From Chrysomallon squamiferum (taxonomy: Eukaryota; Animalia; Mollusca), in the NCBI GenBank assembly GCA_012295275.1, contig CM022671.1, forward strand, positions 13,454,001-13,518,000: DNA of 64,000 nucleotides. The letters are read 5' to 3'. Within the stretch, counting starts at the first letter, position 1; each line of letters starts with the position of its first letter. Both the position numbers and the translations under genes were made by a program. Of the stretch, positions 13,180 to 27,200 are shown in pieces. The notes under the pieces were generated by a model, which saw nothing but the letters and a program-made list of their open reading frames with translations, was not told the DNA's origin and did not search any database.

Positions 13180-13470
13180 ACAGTTTTATTATCGAAACAT
13201 ATTTGCGACCCGAACGGAAAGATAATCTAGTCACCTTTCGGCAGTAGTCGGATATATTCGTTACACGGTCGGAACAATTCGGTAAACTATTTCCATTCCG
13301 GAGAGTATTGATCGCATTATTCGGATCATATGACTGGTCATAAGATGTGTCAAAATTATTTAGCATGTGAATGTTGATATCGAATGCACAGTTTTACTCC
13401 TGATTAGCGGATAATATTAAATTACAGAGTAGAGTGATTATTTATTTATCAAGATAGATGTAGTAACAAC
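13180..13470 (+). promoter_or_regulatory. CpG-enriched promoter of the Slob/PXK-like gene
   Basis: Dense CpG cluster in otherwise CpG-poor DNA, directly upstream of the first coding exon. Confidence 0.6.
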
Positions 13471-15385
13471 ATGACCAGTAATGTGCTGTCGTGGATTCAA
13501 CATCACATCTATGTAAGGAAAATGGTTATTTTGGTATTTTGGATAAAAACAACTAGTAAACAATCTAGAGATAACTCAGATAACATCGTTTACGCATAAG
13601 AATTATAAAAGAAATTGATGACCACCTGATTCTACAGACATTAAAAACTCATTATAATCAATAAAAATTAAGGGAAATAAAATAATGATCGTTGAATTAT
13701 TACTATTAATAGTGTTGTTGTTGTCTTTTAAATGAAATGTCTATAAAAAAAAAAAAAAAAAAAAAGATTGCTACCTTTATTAATGTGTTACATATTAAAA
13801 CTTATTTTCTTGACTGATATTTACTCCATATACAGATTATAAAACAGATTAGTTATATTTCCATTCACTTGAAAAAAAAAAAAAAAATTTGACTTTTTTA
13901 ATGTAAACAGAATAAAAATGTTTTTTAATTAGTCAGTGATTTTAAATCGTGAAGTCATTATTATTCACCAAAATCTTATCAAAACTGTTACTCTTCTGTT
14001 ATTAAAAAAACTATTAAAATAATTCTGTATAGTTTGTTTCATTTTATTATTATTATTTCTTTATTTTTTTAAATTTATTTTCTTTTAGATCTTGATTAAT
14101 GTTAAAATTAATTTGTGGTGAACTGAATTAATAACTAGAATGTTTTTTTTGTAAACTTCCAAGTAATAGTTTTAGTTATAACTGGCTATAACAAAAGCAC
14201 TACAGCAATAAAGAACAAAAAGATTGAGCAAATGACTGTAAGATAAAACTTGATATTAAATTATATTTCTTGTAAAAATTATATGACAGGTTCCAGTACT
14301 GATTGGTATATTTCTTCTGGCTCTTCTGACTTTTATTCTTTATTGTGTTTATCAATTCAGGTAACAGTTTTTATTTTATTTTATTTATTATAAATAATTT
14401 ATTAGTTTGTTGTAAATATAACTGATTGTTAATTTATGTATATATAAAAACAAATAACTTGGATTTTTTCTTAATTTATACAGTAATTTTCTGTTTACTT
14501 ATTTTTCCATTACTAATGTATATTTGTGGGACATCATTGAGTTTAATCATTGAGTCATCAGTAATTAATTAAATATTTTATCTTACATACATGTTACATT
14601 TTTGTAAATAAAAAACACTGAAAAACATTTGTATTAAAAACAATACTAAAATTATGAAGATGAATTTTATATTCTAAACATTTTTTCTCTCCCTCTGACA
14701 TGGTAAAATTTGTTGAAAGACATTTATAAAGTTAAAGTTTACTGTTTTCATGTTTAATAATTTGTATTTTGTAACTAGAAAAAAGTATAGGTTTCCTTAT
14801 GAAAGAATTGGAGAATATGATGTAGCTTTAGCTGAACAGCTGGAAAGGGAGAAAGCTGAAAAACAAAATGCTGTTCGAGGTAAGTAGCTCATATATTAAT
14901 TTAAGTATTAGTTACGTACTGTGGCATGAACAAATAGTCTTTGTATATATTTTGTACTTTGTTTTATTTTATTTATTTATAATTGGTAAAAATCTTTATT
15001 TGTGACTCTTTTAAGTAAAGAATTTTATTATTTGTTGTCATTTTCAGTTAGTAAGACATATTCAGTTTTTAAGACATAGTCAAAAATAAATAAATGTTTG
15101 AAGTTGACTGTAAAATTCTTGCATTACAACATGATTTTTATAAATTATATAATCAAGTTATCATTATTTAAGTCTAAGTCGTATTAAACTGTGGGTTTAA
15201 AGTAAGTTGTAATTTGCCTCTTGTATTTATAAATTCTATTTCTAATATTACATCTGTTTCAGATTCAGTGTATATGAAGTGTCAGTTTTATCTGAGATCA
15301 CATCCACAATATGTCTGTGTGCAGCAGTTTAAAGAATTAGGTAATAATTGACCATTTATTTTGTAAATTTTATGCATGGTCTATG

Positions 15386-15430
<45 letters not shown>

Positions 15431-18400
15431 CACACACACACACATTATAAAAATAAAGAGAAAATTGTTAGAATCCAGCAAATTTCCAAAAGTGTCTTTG
15501 TAGATTAATTTCAAACAAAAGTAACTGTTATACATAGGTATTGTTGTTGTTTTTGTTTTTTTTATCCTTTGTTGTTTGATTTAAATTCTGGTTGAAAAAA
15601 TGTTAAGTGAGATTAATGCCTGAACCTGTTTGATTTTAGGTAGCAGAATAGATAAACACTGGTTTCGTGTTCAAGACAAACACTTGAAGATGGAATATAT
15701 TCTCAGCATAATGCCATACAACCCTAAAATGATTCTTCCTTTCACACCAGCCACCAGTAAAATACTTAAAGATCTTTTTTCATTACTTCAGGTAGTTTTT
15801 TTGCATATATCTTCATGAATTAATAATTCTGAAGAACTGTTTTTTTTGAGGATACGAAATCAAAATATATTACTGAAAGGGCCAGCAGCATTTGATGATT
15901 AAACACAATAGAAGAGAAAAAGTTAGCTCTAAATTCATCTATACATAGTTACTTCTTAAACAAAACTGATGTACAAAATACTGCTTTCTACTATTGTTAT
16001 TTTATTATTATTATTTTTTTTCTTTTGTTATTTTTATTTTTTTTGACCCAAAATACTGCTTTCTACTATTGTTATTTTATTATTATTAATTTTTTTTCAT
16101 TTGTTATTTTTATTTTTTTTGACCCAACATCAGTAATTTATATGTGATTGGTTGCTGAATCAGTCCTTTTAAATATCATTTTACAACCAGAGAATATTCA
16201 TACATCAGCTTCAGTGATAGAACAGTTAATACAGCACGTAAAATATGTTACAAATATAATCACAATGATAAAGGACATATGTAATTATGTTATATGAGCT
16301 TGCTATTTTTTTTTTTTTTTTTCCCAGGCCATGCTGGGAAATGGTCAACTGACATATTATCAGTATTATATTACTGTTAGTAATTTCAGTTATTCAATTT
16401 CTTTGAAATATATTTTAAAAAAACCACTATTGTTTCAGTTAAATTCTTTAAACATGATGATAAAGTTGCTTTTTTGTTGTTGTTTTCCAGCATCCTTACA
16501 TTTTTCCTGTTCATGATTTTGATTTTGCTGTTGATCAGCAGTTTGTTGTCACTGTCCAGCCAATCAGTATTAGAGGATCTCTTAAAGATATAATATATCA
16601 AGTAAGTCCATATGTGCATTGTGTGTGTGTGTTTCTTTGTGTGAATGTCATTGTGCATGTATGTATTTATGTATGTGTTCATGTAGGTATTTATTGATGT
16701 ATGTATAAATATATGAATGTATATATGAATGCATAATATATTTGTTATGTATATTTCTGTGTTTGTAGTGTGTATGTGTTTGTGTGTGTGTGTGTGTTTG
16801 CTTATACAGCAATCTATTTTTTAATACAATATAGATATGCATAACACATAACATATCACACACTGTTTAAATTGTCATCTTATTCAATAATAGCTGATTT
16901 ATTTTATTCAGATTTTATAGGGATAAGATCTATCAGAATTTGGAAGATGTATTTAAAAGGTTATGGGTGTTTTGTTTTTTCAGAGAAAGTTTGCAGAAAG
17001 TTGGTATGAAAAGTATACCCAGCGTAACAAAGGTTTAACACTGTCGCAAGTTCAGATTTATGGAAGACAGATATTAGAGGTAAGAGTTGCAGATTTAGAA
17101 TTTTGTAAAACCATATTGCGAAACAGTTTTAAGATCATATACAATTCGTTAGACATTTTTGCATAATATTAATAATCATTGTCTTTATAATTTTGAATTA
17201 ATTTTCATTTTAAAATGTCAGGATTAATAAAGTAACTTTACACATTTCAAAAATATACCCAACTGTGATGTATAAAATTGTTGTTGAAATTGATAATGAT
17301 GAAATGAGTTTTTATTATGCTAAATAAAAGTATTAATTAATAAATCATTGAATGATGGGCAAATGCCAAGTGTGTCATTCTTGATTTGCATGTGTGGTAT
17401 GATGAAGATTTTTAAATTGTGTTCTTCTTGTGTCATAGTCAAGTTTTATTTTTATAATTTACTAAAGATTAATTTTGTTTATTTATCCTGCAGCATTTGT
17501 TTTCCTTTTTTCCTTTCAGGCTTTACTTTATCTGGAAGAAAAAGGATTTCCACCAAATAGAAATTTACATTCTGGAAATATTTTGTTCGATAATGGAGTT
17601 TGCAGGTCATTTAAAAAGTTTTTAAATGTTTTGTTTTTTAATATTGATATTTTATTATTAACAAATAAGGTAATCCTTGGAAAAATGCAAAAATCCTTTA
17701 ATTAAAATATAACTAAATTAATTAATTTACATATTTATCATTTTAAATGATTATTTAAATAACCACAGTATTTTACTTTATTTTGTTAAAAGGATTGGAG
17801 GCTATGAAAATTCATTTCTTGGAAATACATCTCGGATTTTGCCTGTAATAAAGAAGAAAGTCAAAGGGGACAAAGAAGCTTTAGATGTTTTATCATTTGG
17901 TAAGACTTGAAACTTCAGATGAAAATACCATGAAATATATTTTCATTACACAAGTAAATAATAAATTTGTCTCTGATTTGTAATCTGTGAGAGTCTGAAA
18001 TATCTTATTTAGTTATTACAATTATTACTTTTTATCTTCTTTTATTATTATTATTATAATTATTATAATTAGACATATTTACTCAGGATTTGAGTTCTCC
18101 ATTTTGTTTTATTTGTTGTATAAGATATTACCAGAACCAAATGTTGTTCATTAATCTGTATTTCTTTAGTCCTGCTCATTTGAAAACTAAATATCAGTTT
18201 ATTTATTTTTGTTATTCATATTTTCTTGAAGCAATCTCTTAAATATTTGTCCATACAGATACCCTATTTAAATTTTATACATTTACACTTGTTTTATCTT
18301 TTTCTGACCAATCTTTGCCAGTAATGAAGGATAGTATAATATTATGATAAGCACATCTGGGTGGATGGGAACTGATGTTTTCCCTTCTCATTACGTATTT

Positions 18401-21400
18401 TACACATAGCTGAAAACAGTTTTTGATAAGTTCAGGATTTTCCAACTTTGAAGTGATATACAGTCTGTTAATTGTGGATATTTGTATTTTCATAGAAGAA
18501 GAAAAAAGAAAATTATGGCTATTATAATCTCCCTTAACTTGTTATTTTAATGTTATATTTTAGTAATAGCAATGATGTATGACCTAAAACAAAATGAAAC
18601 GGTCATTTGAAAGCATTCAAAATACTTTTCTCTGTTTATTCAAAGTACCAAAAGTATATTTTAAATAACGATTTACAAAATGTTTATAAAACATCTGAAA
18701 AAAACATATTTCATGGTTTCAAAGATTATAATTTGCAATATATATTTTTAGTTATATGTTTATTTAGTTTATTTGTTTACTTCTGTTTATATGGATATGT
18801 TGACAGGCCATCTCTTGTTTGAGATGTGTTTTGGATATGAATTGGATGTACCACAACCTGAACCTCAACATTTAGTAAACAACAAATCTCCAAAAATAGT
18901 TGAAGTAAGTTTTAATAAATTAATATTTGTTTTGGTGAGGGGTTTTTTCAGAAAATTATTATTTACTTATTTGAATAAAAATAAATTTATAAATTCTTTA
19001 ATGATGTAAAATTGCACTAATTTCTGTCACTAATAAAAAGTTCATACATAAAAATCAATTATAAAATGTCGGTTTACCCTGTTGCTTTTAATGGTTTTTA
19101 TTTAAGAGGCATCATTAATAATTGTCTTCAGTATTTTATAAATTTGTAATGATACTAAAGGATATTTTCTTTGATTATACTTAATACTGCAACATGTATG
19201 TGCATGTGCATATGTGTGTTTGTGTTTGTGTTATTGTATTAAACTTGTGGAAATTTGTATTCATATACTTTCAGAAAGTACTGTGTTTTGACATCACTTT
19301 CATAATTTTTTTTCTTTTTCAGATTTTAAATTATATTTTTGAAAATGAAAGTGGGAAATACCCAACAATTAGAGAGGTATTTTGAGATGCAGTGACAAAT
19401 TTAGTTACCTCCAAATTGAAAATTTATCTTGGGCACAATTATGAACCAACTTTTTAAAATATATTAAAAAGAGTTATACCATTATATTTTATTGGCTTAT
19501 TTTATTTTAAATCAACACTACTTAGACATTTTTAGAAAGAATATATAATCATAAATTTGAAAACAAAAATCCATCTGTATTTTTTTTCTGTTCTTGTTTC
19601 TTTTTATTCTTTTGTTTGTTTTATTCTTCTTAGATCTCACAGCATTCATTCTTCTCCTCTGTACATTTAGATGCTCTGCTTATGTATAATCCAGCACCAG
19701 TAAGTTAATACCATCAAAAATACACTTTAAATTTTATAAATCATTTGTGTTATATACTTTTATTATTTCTGTTTTGGTATTGGTTTAATAAAATATTATT
19801 ATTATTATTATTAATAACAAAAAACAGTTATAGTGCATGACATATTTTTATATACATAATGACAAAACACTTTTTTAATGTGTGAAATACAGTTTATTAT
19901 AATTTGTATATATTTTGTCTTCATAAGAAAATACACATCAAAACAGTGTTAACAATACTTTATTCATTTGTGTTTTTCTGTATATTATCATCATCATTCA
20001 TTTTGTTTTTGTTTTTTACATCATTTGATTGCATTGCATTGTTTTATTTTATTATTTATAACTAAATAATTTTATTTTATTTATTTATATATTTATTTTT
20101 CAGATTAATTTAACTTCAGCAATGAAGACGTTGTTGAAAAATGCCAAAAAATGGAAACCTATCAAGTGAGCAATAAATCATTTTGTTTTCTTTATTGTGT
20201 TATCAATAACTTACCAAAATTACATGTCTTATCATAGTATGAGGTGCAATCCATAACAGAGTTTATATTTCCTTGAATGGTTGTTTATTTATCTATTTAC
20301 AGAACTAATCATTTCTGATAATCCAGAAACATGTTTGTGTTATTTAAAATATCATAGTAAATATTTTTATCCTATTTGTTTGTATCATCATATCTTTATC
20401 TACCATTAAATATAAAAGAAAAGTGATTTTCTGTTTGGGAAATACAAGGTTGATTATTGACTATAATTGAATATCTTTTTATCTGGATTTCAGTGAAAAC
20501 AATTTTAAGCTATCAGTCAAATTGTTCCAAAGTATTAATATTTAATTTTTTCACGCCATCTGCGCACATTTACTATTTCAACTAATCTTAATTTGAAGCA
20601 AAATTGTCAGTGATAGAGTTTATTTCATAAGATATTCAAACAAACCTGTGTTTAATTAGTGGAGCATTGTTGAAATTTGACAAGAAATCGTTGAATTGAA
20701 AGTTGTTACAGTCTGACAAGAAGCTGCACAATGGAGCTTCACTGAACAGAGCTTTGTTAAATGGAACGTCATTATACAGTCTGGGGAGAAATTGAAGAGC
20801 AGAGTGTTGTCAAAATCTGATCAGAAGTCATTAACTCATTCTTGTGCAGAGGTTTGATGAAAAATTGTTTGTTCATTCATGTTTTTCAGTCAAAATTCTG
20901 GGATAAACAAACATTCTGGGCTCTGTGAACTTTAACTTTGTAATATACTGGCAGTATAAAATAATTCCTAAACTCAGACTTTTGATAAACCAACTTTAAT
21001 TTTAACTTTAAGTTTATAAAATAAAAGATATTAAGTCTTTGTACAACTTGTTCTTTTGTTTTGGATATATGAATTCCTGTAACTGTTTAGTGGATTGGAC
21101 CTAAAGTTAACTTCATACTGGGTTTACAATGCCTGAAATCCAAATTGTTTAATATTTGGTGATGGGACAAAGTTAAATTACATTACTATGTATTGCATTC
21201 TAAATTTTTTCATAATGTTTGCAAAGTAAATTTACAATGAAATGTGAAGCAGAAGTTGATACATCATTCATTTGTGCTAGACCATTGAACTCTTTGAAAA
21301 TCCATATCTCTTCTTCTACTTGTAATGCATAGTTTTTATACAAAATTAAGAGTGAAAAGATCTAGATGATGAAATACATTTAGAAAGAATAAATTAAAAA

Positions 21401-22258
21401 GTCTGATGTGTTAAGTTTTTCATTTTAACAAGTAACAGTTTTCTTCAGCTTTAAGATACTATATTAGAGCTAGTAAAGACTCTATTTTAATAATAAAGAT
21501 TACTTGCTGAGTGCCCTTTCTTTCAAAGCAGTTTGTAATGAGATTATATCAAGAACACGAAAACTGAATGGATAATGTACTTAAAAAAGTTGCATGCAGT
21601 TTATGGTAATGTGAATGTAAATAGAATTTAAATTTCACTTGGATAAGATTTAAGAAGTGACTTTGGAAAAAATGTTTTTTGGAGAGCCTGTTTGAATGTG
21701 GGAATGGACTTCATGAAGCAAATGACAAACAAAAGAGGCCACTGAACAGTGAAATTGTATTGAGTGATCTACTGTGTTATTTATTATGTATGTAGACTCC
21801 ATAATTTTTCCCACTGACATTAGTTAACCACATTTATTCCATCATCAATTCCATTATTTATTTTCAAGGCTTTGCCACAATTCACTGAACAATCAAATAA
21901 AAAGGTAAATACTACTGAATAAACAAATAGCAGAAACTGTATCACATAACTGTTAATGTTTTGCTTTTTAGGGCTTCCTCAACACAGCCTGTAAATAAAA
22001 TATTCTTGAGAAATGATGTGCTTAAATAATTTTGATCATTTATTAACCAAGATGGAGGCACTATAGACAATCCAATATCATTCCAAAGCAGATTTAATCA
22101 CTTAAATCATAATTAATGCAGTTAAATCAACATCTTATGAAAAGAATGGTTATTTTGCTAAACAACTAGAAACTTTCAAACATAATTCAAGAGGTTCTGG
22201 TTGAGGAAAATGAACATAATCAAATGTAATTAAAGGATCGTTCCAATGTAAACAATTA

Positions 22259-22312
<54 letters not shown>

Positions 22313-24216
22313 GTTATATTAGTATTATTATTATTTTCAAACTTGTCCTACATTTCATTTTAGGAAAAGACAACAAAATGGAAACAAATTGGGATTCATG
22401 TAACCAATGGTGTCTGTTATTAGCAAGGATTAATTGCTTGTACAAAGTGATCACTTGGAAATAAACTAAATATATTTAATCTTTTTTATTTAAGGCACAT
22501 TCTGTCCTTGTCTGTTCTGTTAAAAAAATCAGTTTGAGATACTATTTGTTTCCACAACTGCAAGCACTCTGGTAAACCTTTCATTGAATGGTACAACAAC
22601 ATACATTTTCAAAATAATAGTTTGTTATATTGTTTTACAGGTTTAAAATTAATGTTGTGAAAGTATAGTTGTAATGTTTTTTATTTTACTTTTGCAGGAA
22701 CAAAATAAAACATGACAGGTAAAAGTAATAGTACTGTTATACATTTATTCTGGGCAGTTTGTTAATATATCTTTATTGTGTCATATGATTCCAGTAAATA
22801 TTAAATTACATTGTAAATTTCAGTTTTTGTAATAAAAATATCTTAAAATTCTGCCTCCGAGGTTTTTCAAACTCTCTGAAAATAAGAAATAGAAAGAAAA
22901 TGCTTTGTACCTGAAAAATATCACATAGTTAACGATGAATGATAATGGGATGTAGGATATAAGCAGCTGGTCCAAAATTGACAAAAGGCCCCCATCAATA
23001 AATTTGCAAGGTAAGACAAGAGCCCCCCAAAATAAAATATATTGCAGGAAAAAAGCACCCCCATAGATATAAAGCATATTTGCAAACAATCACTTTATTA
23101 AAACATACATGCTACTTATCTTTATCGAAATTAGCATAATATGATTATCAGTCAATTTAATGAGGTGGTTTTTTTCATAAACACAATTAATTACTATGTA
23201 ATAACTGATAATAATCAATTAAGATAAAGGAGACAATTTGAACAGAGAATTTACATCAAAGCTACACAGTCACATGACTCAAAATGAAATAACATTAATT
23301 TTGGGTAATTTCACTGTTTTGAATAATGAATATAATTTCTGAAAATAATAAAAGCTGATGCAGATTCCAGATGTAATAGTACAACTTCATATTTTCTTAG
23401 CTCTGCTGTCACATACGCCTCATATTATTATTATTATGATAGGAAAAAAGTAGCACACTAATTATGTTGCACTTTTCACTAAAATTACAAATAAATAATG
23501 CATAGATTCTCACTGGCATTTGGGGCATTCCCAGTGGAGATACAACTCTTCCTCTGGGTGTATGAAAAGCCTTTATGTATTATCTTGTCAGACCTTTTAC
23601 TGCCCTTTATCAACTCCATTGTGGTACAAGATGTGCAAAGAAAATCCATGCCTTATATATTGGCTGAAAACCTAATTTGTTTTACTCAATTCTCATAAAT
23701 TGTTTTACTTTAATAATTGATATCTAATAAATCCATTTAAGTGTTTTACTGTGTATGTGTACACTTTAACCTGTAAACATATTCATTACCTGTTGATTCC
23801 AAGCATCCAGCTGATATCAGTTCACTCATACTCTGTTTATGTGGATAACTTTTAAAATTGCTATAACTTCTGTGTGTTATTATAACTTCTTTAGGGGGTA
23901 ACATTATGGAAATATTATTTGCTTGATTTTTTAAATTATAGGTTTTTTTTCCAGAAAACCTGATTCTTCAAGACATGAATCTGAACAAACAGCAGACAGT
24001 AATACAAATTTATCTTCAACTGCTCCAAGTTGTTCCAGCTCAGTACTACCATCCACACTGCCACCTCCATCAGCAATGACAACAGTGGTACAGATAGAAA
24101 GTCCAGTTCTTACAAAAAGACAGGCTCTGCTGGGAGAAATTCACAAAGGAAAAAAACTGAAAAAAGTTGTAACTAATGATAGAAGCAATCCAAGAGCTTT
24201 TCAAACTGTTTTTTAA
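13471..24216 (+). CDS. Slowpoke-binding protein (Slob)/PXK-like pseudokinase with N-terminal TM helix and C-terminal WH2 motif
   Basis: Exons (approx.): 13471-13512, 14290-14360, 14779-14879, 15263-15340, 15640-15791, 16491-16601, 16984-17079, 17520-17605, 17792-17899, 18807-18904, 19323-19376, 19634-19699, 20104-20165, (22698-22718), 23954-24216. Motifs LGSRIDKHWF, HPYIFPV, RGSLKDIIY, YGRQILEALLYLEEKGFP, NLHSGNIL and FGHLLFEMCFGYEL fit the Slob/PXK family. It ends with RQALLGEIHKGKKLKKV (WH2). Confidence 0.85.
15389..15444. repeat. (CA)n microsatellite
   Basis: Directly visible dinucleotide run with one interruption. Confidence 0.95.
15974..16125. repeat. Tandem duplication of a ~75-bp intronic unit
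   Basis: CAAAATACTGCTTTCTACTATTGTTATTTTATT...TTTTTTGACC starts at 15974 and again at 16049, nearly identical. Confidence 0.9.
22259..22312. repeat. (ATT)n microsatellite
   Basis: Directly visible trinucleotide run. Confidence 0.95.
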
Positions 24217-27200
24217 TTTTCTTTACAGTAAGACGGCTCCAATGTATGATAACTTAATCAGCTATTTTGTTCACTACTCAAGTCATTGCTACAGTGCTTT
24301 GTATTATTGGTTTTTAATCTGAAAGTTTGTGTGAGAGATGGTATTAAACTTTGATCCTGGACCTATTGCTGCTTAAAACAAATTGTCAACAAGTGAGGCT
24401 GAAATGTGTGGATGGAAAAGGAGTCTTGATACAATGATGATGTATACAAATAAATAAGATTCTATATATTGAGATCTTTAACAGACTAAATGAATCAAAA
24501 TACTGTATATCAGGTAATCTAGGTTTGACACTGATAACAAAGACTTATAGTAAATTATATTTTTGTTTGCATTATGTCTTGTAACACTGATATTAAGAGA
24601 TTCATTATATTACTGAATAAATTTAATGGTTACATAAATTATGACCTAATTCTCAACCAATCATTTTAAGAAATGCAATTTGTGCTAAATATCTGTATCA
24701 ACCATTTATACCATTTGTATTTCAGTATAACAGTTTAGGCATTCTTTGTAGAGAAATTTTATTTTTAAATATTTCTGTTGCTGCTTTTTTCAAATTTTGT
24801 ACGATGTAGTGTTTTGAACTGTTAATTTTCCATATTTTTGGCTTATTCATGTGTATTAGGGACATTTGGATATAGATTTTGTGTTAAATACACAAAAGAC
24901 GTTATTATTGTGCTCTTATTTATGCTTTCTATATCAAAAATTTGATATTTTTCTCAAGGTTGTTCACAATGTAATTAGTGTAAAATGAAAATTCACTTTT
25001 AGTTACTATCATTATTTTATGAATTTATTTATTCATTTTTACTGTTAATGTGTTAATGCTATACAGTTTATAATTTTTACTGATGTCCAGATATGTTTTG
25101 ATTTCTACAGTGCACTTGTTTGTTTGAATCATTCTTTCTAGATGTTTCATAAAACATGTTTGAAAGTTAAGACACGTTTTGAGGTGTTTGCTTCTTATTT
25201 CTTTGTTGTTTTTTTAACTTTTATTTAACTGCTATAAATTATTTCATAAAAAAATATTCCATTGCAATCAGTTCTTTGTTTGTATACAAGAGTATTACTA
25301 TGGTACTTTCTAGTCTTTTGAAGGCATTTCTTTAAATTATAATTTCTGTGTTTCAAAATTATTTAAGAAAAATACTACTTATATGATTAAAAAAAAAAAA
25401 AAAAAAAAGCCTGATGCAAAAGACTTCATATAATATTCATTACTTAAGGTTGGATCCTGCATTTAGCAAGAGGAAAATTTGCAACAGAGGTCATCAAATA
25501 TTGCATGATATAAAAAATATATATATATCAACTGAGTATCAAAGCTGAAATATGCAGTATGAATATGTAGAACAGAGAAATAATAACCACTGTTTCCTAT
25601 TCTATAACAGTCAGTATTTAATGTTTTTAAAGTAATTAGTTCATAAAAGCAAGATAGGCTAAGATGTCTGCCTCCTGTTAGCACTGGAAACAACTGCATG
25701 ATTACATGACATGACCATATATGGCAACTGCTGCCTAGAGTTTAAGGAGAAACACTAATAGAACAAGGATTGAACTCTGACCCTTGACATGACAAGGGTC
25801 AGTGAAGGTAAGCATCTTTATATTTAGTTAATAATGATTTCATTTATATGTGCTGCAGATCAGCTGAGGTCAGTAATTAATTTAGGCTTATTCCCATATA
25901 TATCTACTAAAAAGAGTAATTAAGATATATATTAAAGAAGAGACAATCATTATATTTTACTGGTGGCCTGACATTTATTTTGAATGTGCTAGCACACAAT
26001 TTATTAAATGTCTTGACATAACTTAATGTATCAGTAGTTACAATTTATAAGAATTAATGTGATTAGTTTTAAAAATAAACATAACTGATACACAGTATTT
26101 TCTCAGTAAATGCAGCTCATACATATTATTTCTATTAGGTGTTGACACTGGTTGTGTGGGGTGTCACTGAGAGCATTACTTACACCGTAAATTTACATTG
26201 CTGGTATTTGTATCTTTATGATAGCTATTGTTCTTTTCTTGGTGATATTAGTTATTTTCACTGCAGCCACAATACGAATAATAATTATAGACATTTTATA
26301 TGTTTATATATGTATTTGAAAGGCTTATGGTTCAGTTGTTGTCTTATGAATGTATTGTGGCCAGGCGCATACAGAACCCTCACACAAAACTACACAAGTT
26401 TTATTTCAATTACATCTTTATTTCCTCTGCCCATTTATACATGATATATGATAACATTCTTATAAAAGTATAGTAATTATATACAGAGAATTGGCTCAAA
26501 TGTCTTTCTCATTTGCCTGATATTCTCTCTTCTCTCTTGAACTCTTTCACCACAGTCACACAGATAACATTTCACACCCTTGACCAATACTGGCTGACCA
26601 TTACTGTCCTGGAACCCACCAGTGACAGTGTTTACCTTATTTTAATGTACTAGATGTTTTGGAGGAATTTCCCAAGTAATTTACGTTTAAACCTCACATG
26701 TTAATGGTGTTTGTGTGTCTTTAGATGTGCTTTTAGTTCAGTCCCTCACAGTATAAAGGAGTTTTATACAGATTTTTTTTACAGCATAATTGATTCTAGT
26801 TAACATAAGCAGTAGAAATTATTACAGGCAGATGTACTGTATTAGTATTAGTATGCCAGGAGTCTAAGTGCAAGAAATACAAAAACATGAAATCACATCC
26901 ATTAATCTCATGTTGGCTAGGTATTGATGTTTTCCTACAAAAGACAGCATAAACAATGGACTTAAAATTGATGTTAACTACTTTTGTTAAAAATTACTTC
27001 TAACACATAGGACTGGGTTAAACTGGTATCAAATAGGATTGAATGAACTTCAAGAAAATCTTAAGTGATTTAATTATCACCTATTTTATACTGATAGATT
27101 ATTTCATTAGTATGACAGTGAGTGGGACTATATTAATGGAATTACAAGCTTCGTATTATATCACTTCTACTTGAATATGTGATTCTGATATCATGTAATA

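Noticed and set aside
13205-13325. CRISPR-like or other prokaryotic repeat array
   Set aside because: The context is eukaryotic, the repeated core is only 3-4 bp, and there are no cas genes. No CRISPR, tRNA or rRNA was recognised anywhere in the window.
14283-14360. ATG at 14283 as the start of the Slob-like gene
   Set aside because: That frame hits TAG three codons into the next exon. The hydrophobic frame fed by exon 13471-13512 is continuous.
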